Virus record (IMG/VR): IMGVR_UViG_3300025575_000014
Span: 1,393-65,392 of that record
Length of the DNA stretch: 64,000 nucleotides
Direction: 5' to 3' (one strand)
From: a virus
Taxonomy: Duplodnaviria; Caudoviricetes
The notes under the pieces are model-generated. The model searched no databases. It saw only the letters and a program-made list of their open reading frames with translations, and was not told the DNA's origin. How positions within the stretch are numbered: position 1 is the first letter of the stretch; each line of letters begins with the position of its first letter. Below are positions 63,747 through 64,000 of the stretch, piece by piece. Position numbers and translations under genes: made by a program.

Positions 63747-64000
63747 TTAATACGCTATTAGTCTTCTTGGATTTGATTCTGTATCTATGTGGGTACCAGG
63801 AACAAACGTTAAAGCTTCTGCAATTACATAAGAACCATCTGGATTTTTCTGTTGTGTAGTAACTTGAACAATGCAACCAGTTTGGGTATTGCATATCTTT
63901 GTAGATTTTAGCCAGCCTTGTTCTTTGCTTGAAGCCTTACATAATAAAGCAAATGTATCGCCATCACCATATACAACTAAATCTGATATATTTGCTTTAG
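63747..64000 (-). CDS. Conserved phage hypothetical protein, C-terminal part
   Basis: ...YGDGDTFALLCKASSKEQGWLKSTK...CIVQVTTQQ...AEALTFVPG; start lies beyond the window. Confidence 0.65.
   Translation of the reverse strand, partial: KANISDLVVYGDGDTFALLCKASSKEQGWLKSTKICNTQTGCIVQVTTQQKNPDGSYVIAEALTFVPGTHIDTESNPRRLIAY

Larger units (their letters stand above)
1..64000. mobile_element. Temperate podovirus-type phage, probably a plasmid prophage (phage-plasmid), near-complete and circularly permuted
   Basis: Terminase, portal, capsid, nozzle, ejection proteins, lysis, replication and cI/cro all present. No tape measure, tail tube or sheath, and no integrase. ParM/ParR, relaxase and T4CP present. 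Confidence 0.88.

Overview
AT-rich, almost entirely minus-strand genome of a temperate, podovirus-type tailed phage of a spore-forming Clostridium-like host. It looks nearly complete and circularly permuted: the portal gene runs off position 1 and the head genes resume at 64000. Modules: terS/terL/portal; scaffold, decoration and major capsid; three tandem adaptor paralogues, nozzle and three receptor-binding proteins; a 245-aa and a 2440-aa ejection protein (the latter with ParB-like and ART-like domains); holin/amidase lysis; replisome organiser plus primase-helicase; ERF/SSB recombination; and a cI/cro switch. No integrase is visible. Instead there is a plasmid-type block (24.4-33.6 kb) with a ParM/ParR partition pair, a VirD4-like coupling protein, a MOBV relaxase with a candidate oriT hairpin, and an antisense/attenuator-controlled 650-bp structured non-coding region ahead of a Rep-like gene. 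The best reading is a conjugatively mobilisable phage-plasmid. It also carries SpoIIID, AbrB, SigE/K-like and SigA-like regulators, four short antisense-RNA units facing the leaders of three replication genes and the lysis cassette, and repeated terminator-promoter junctions around accessory cassettes. Family calls come from motif recognition by eye; no database search was run.
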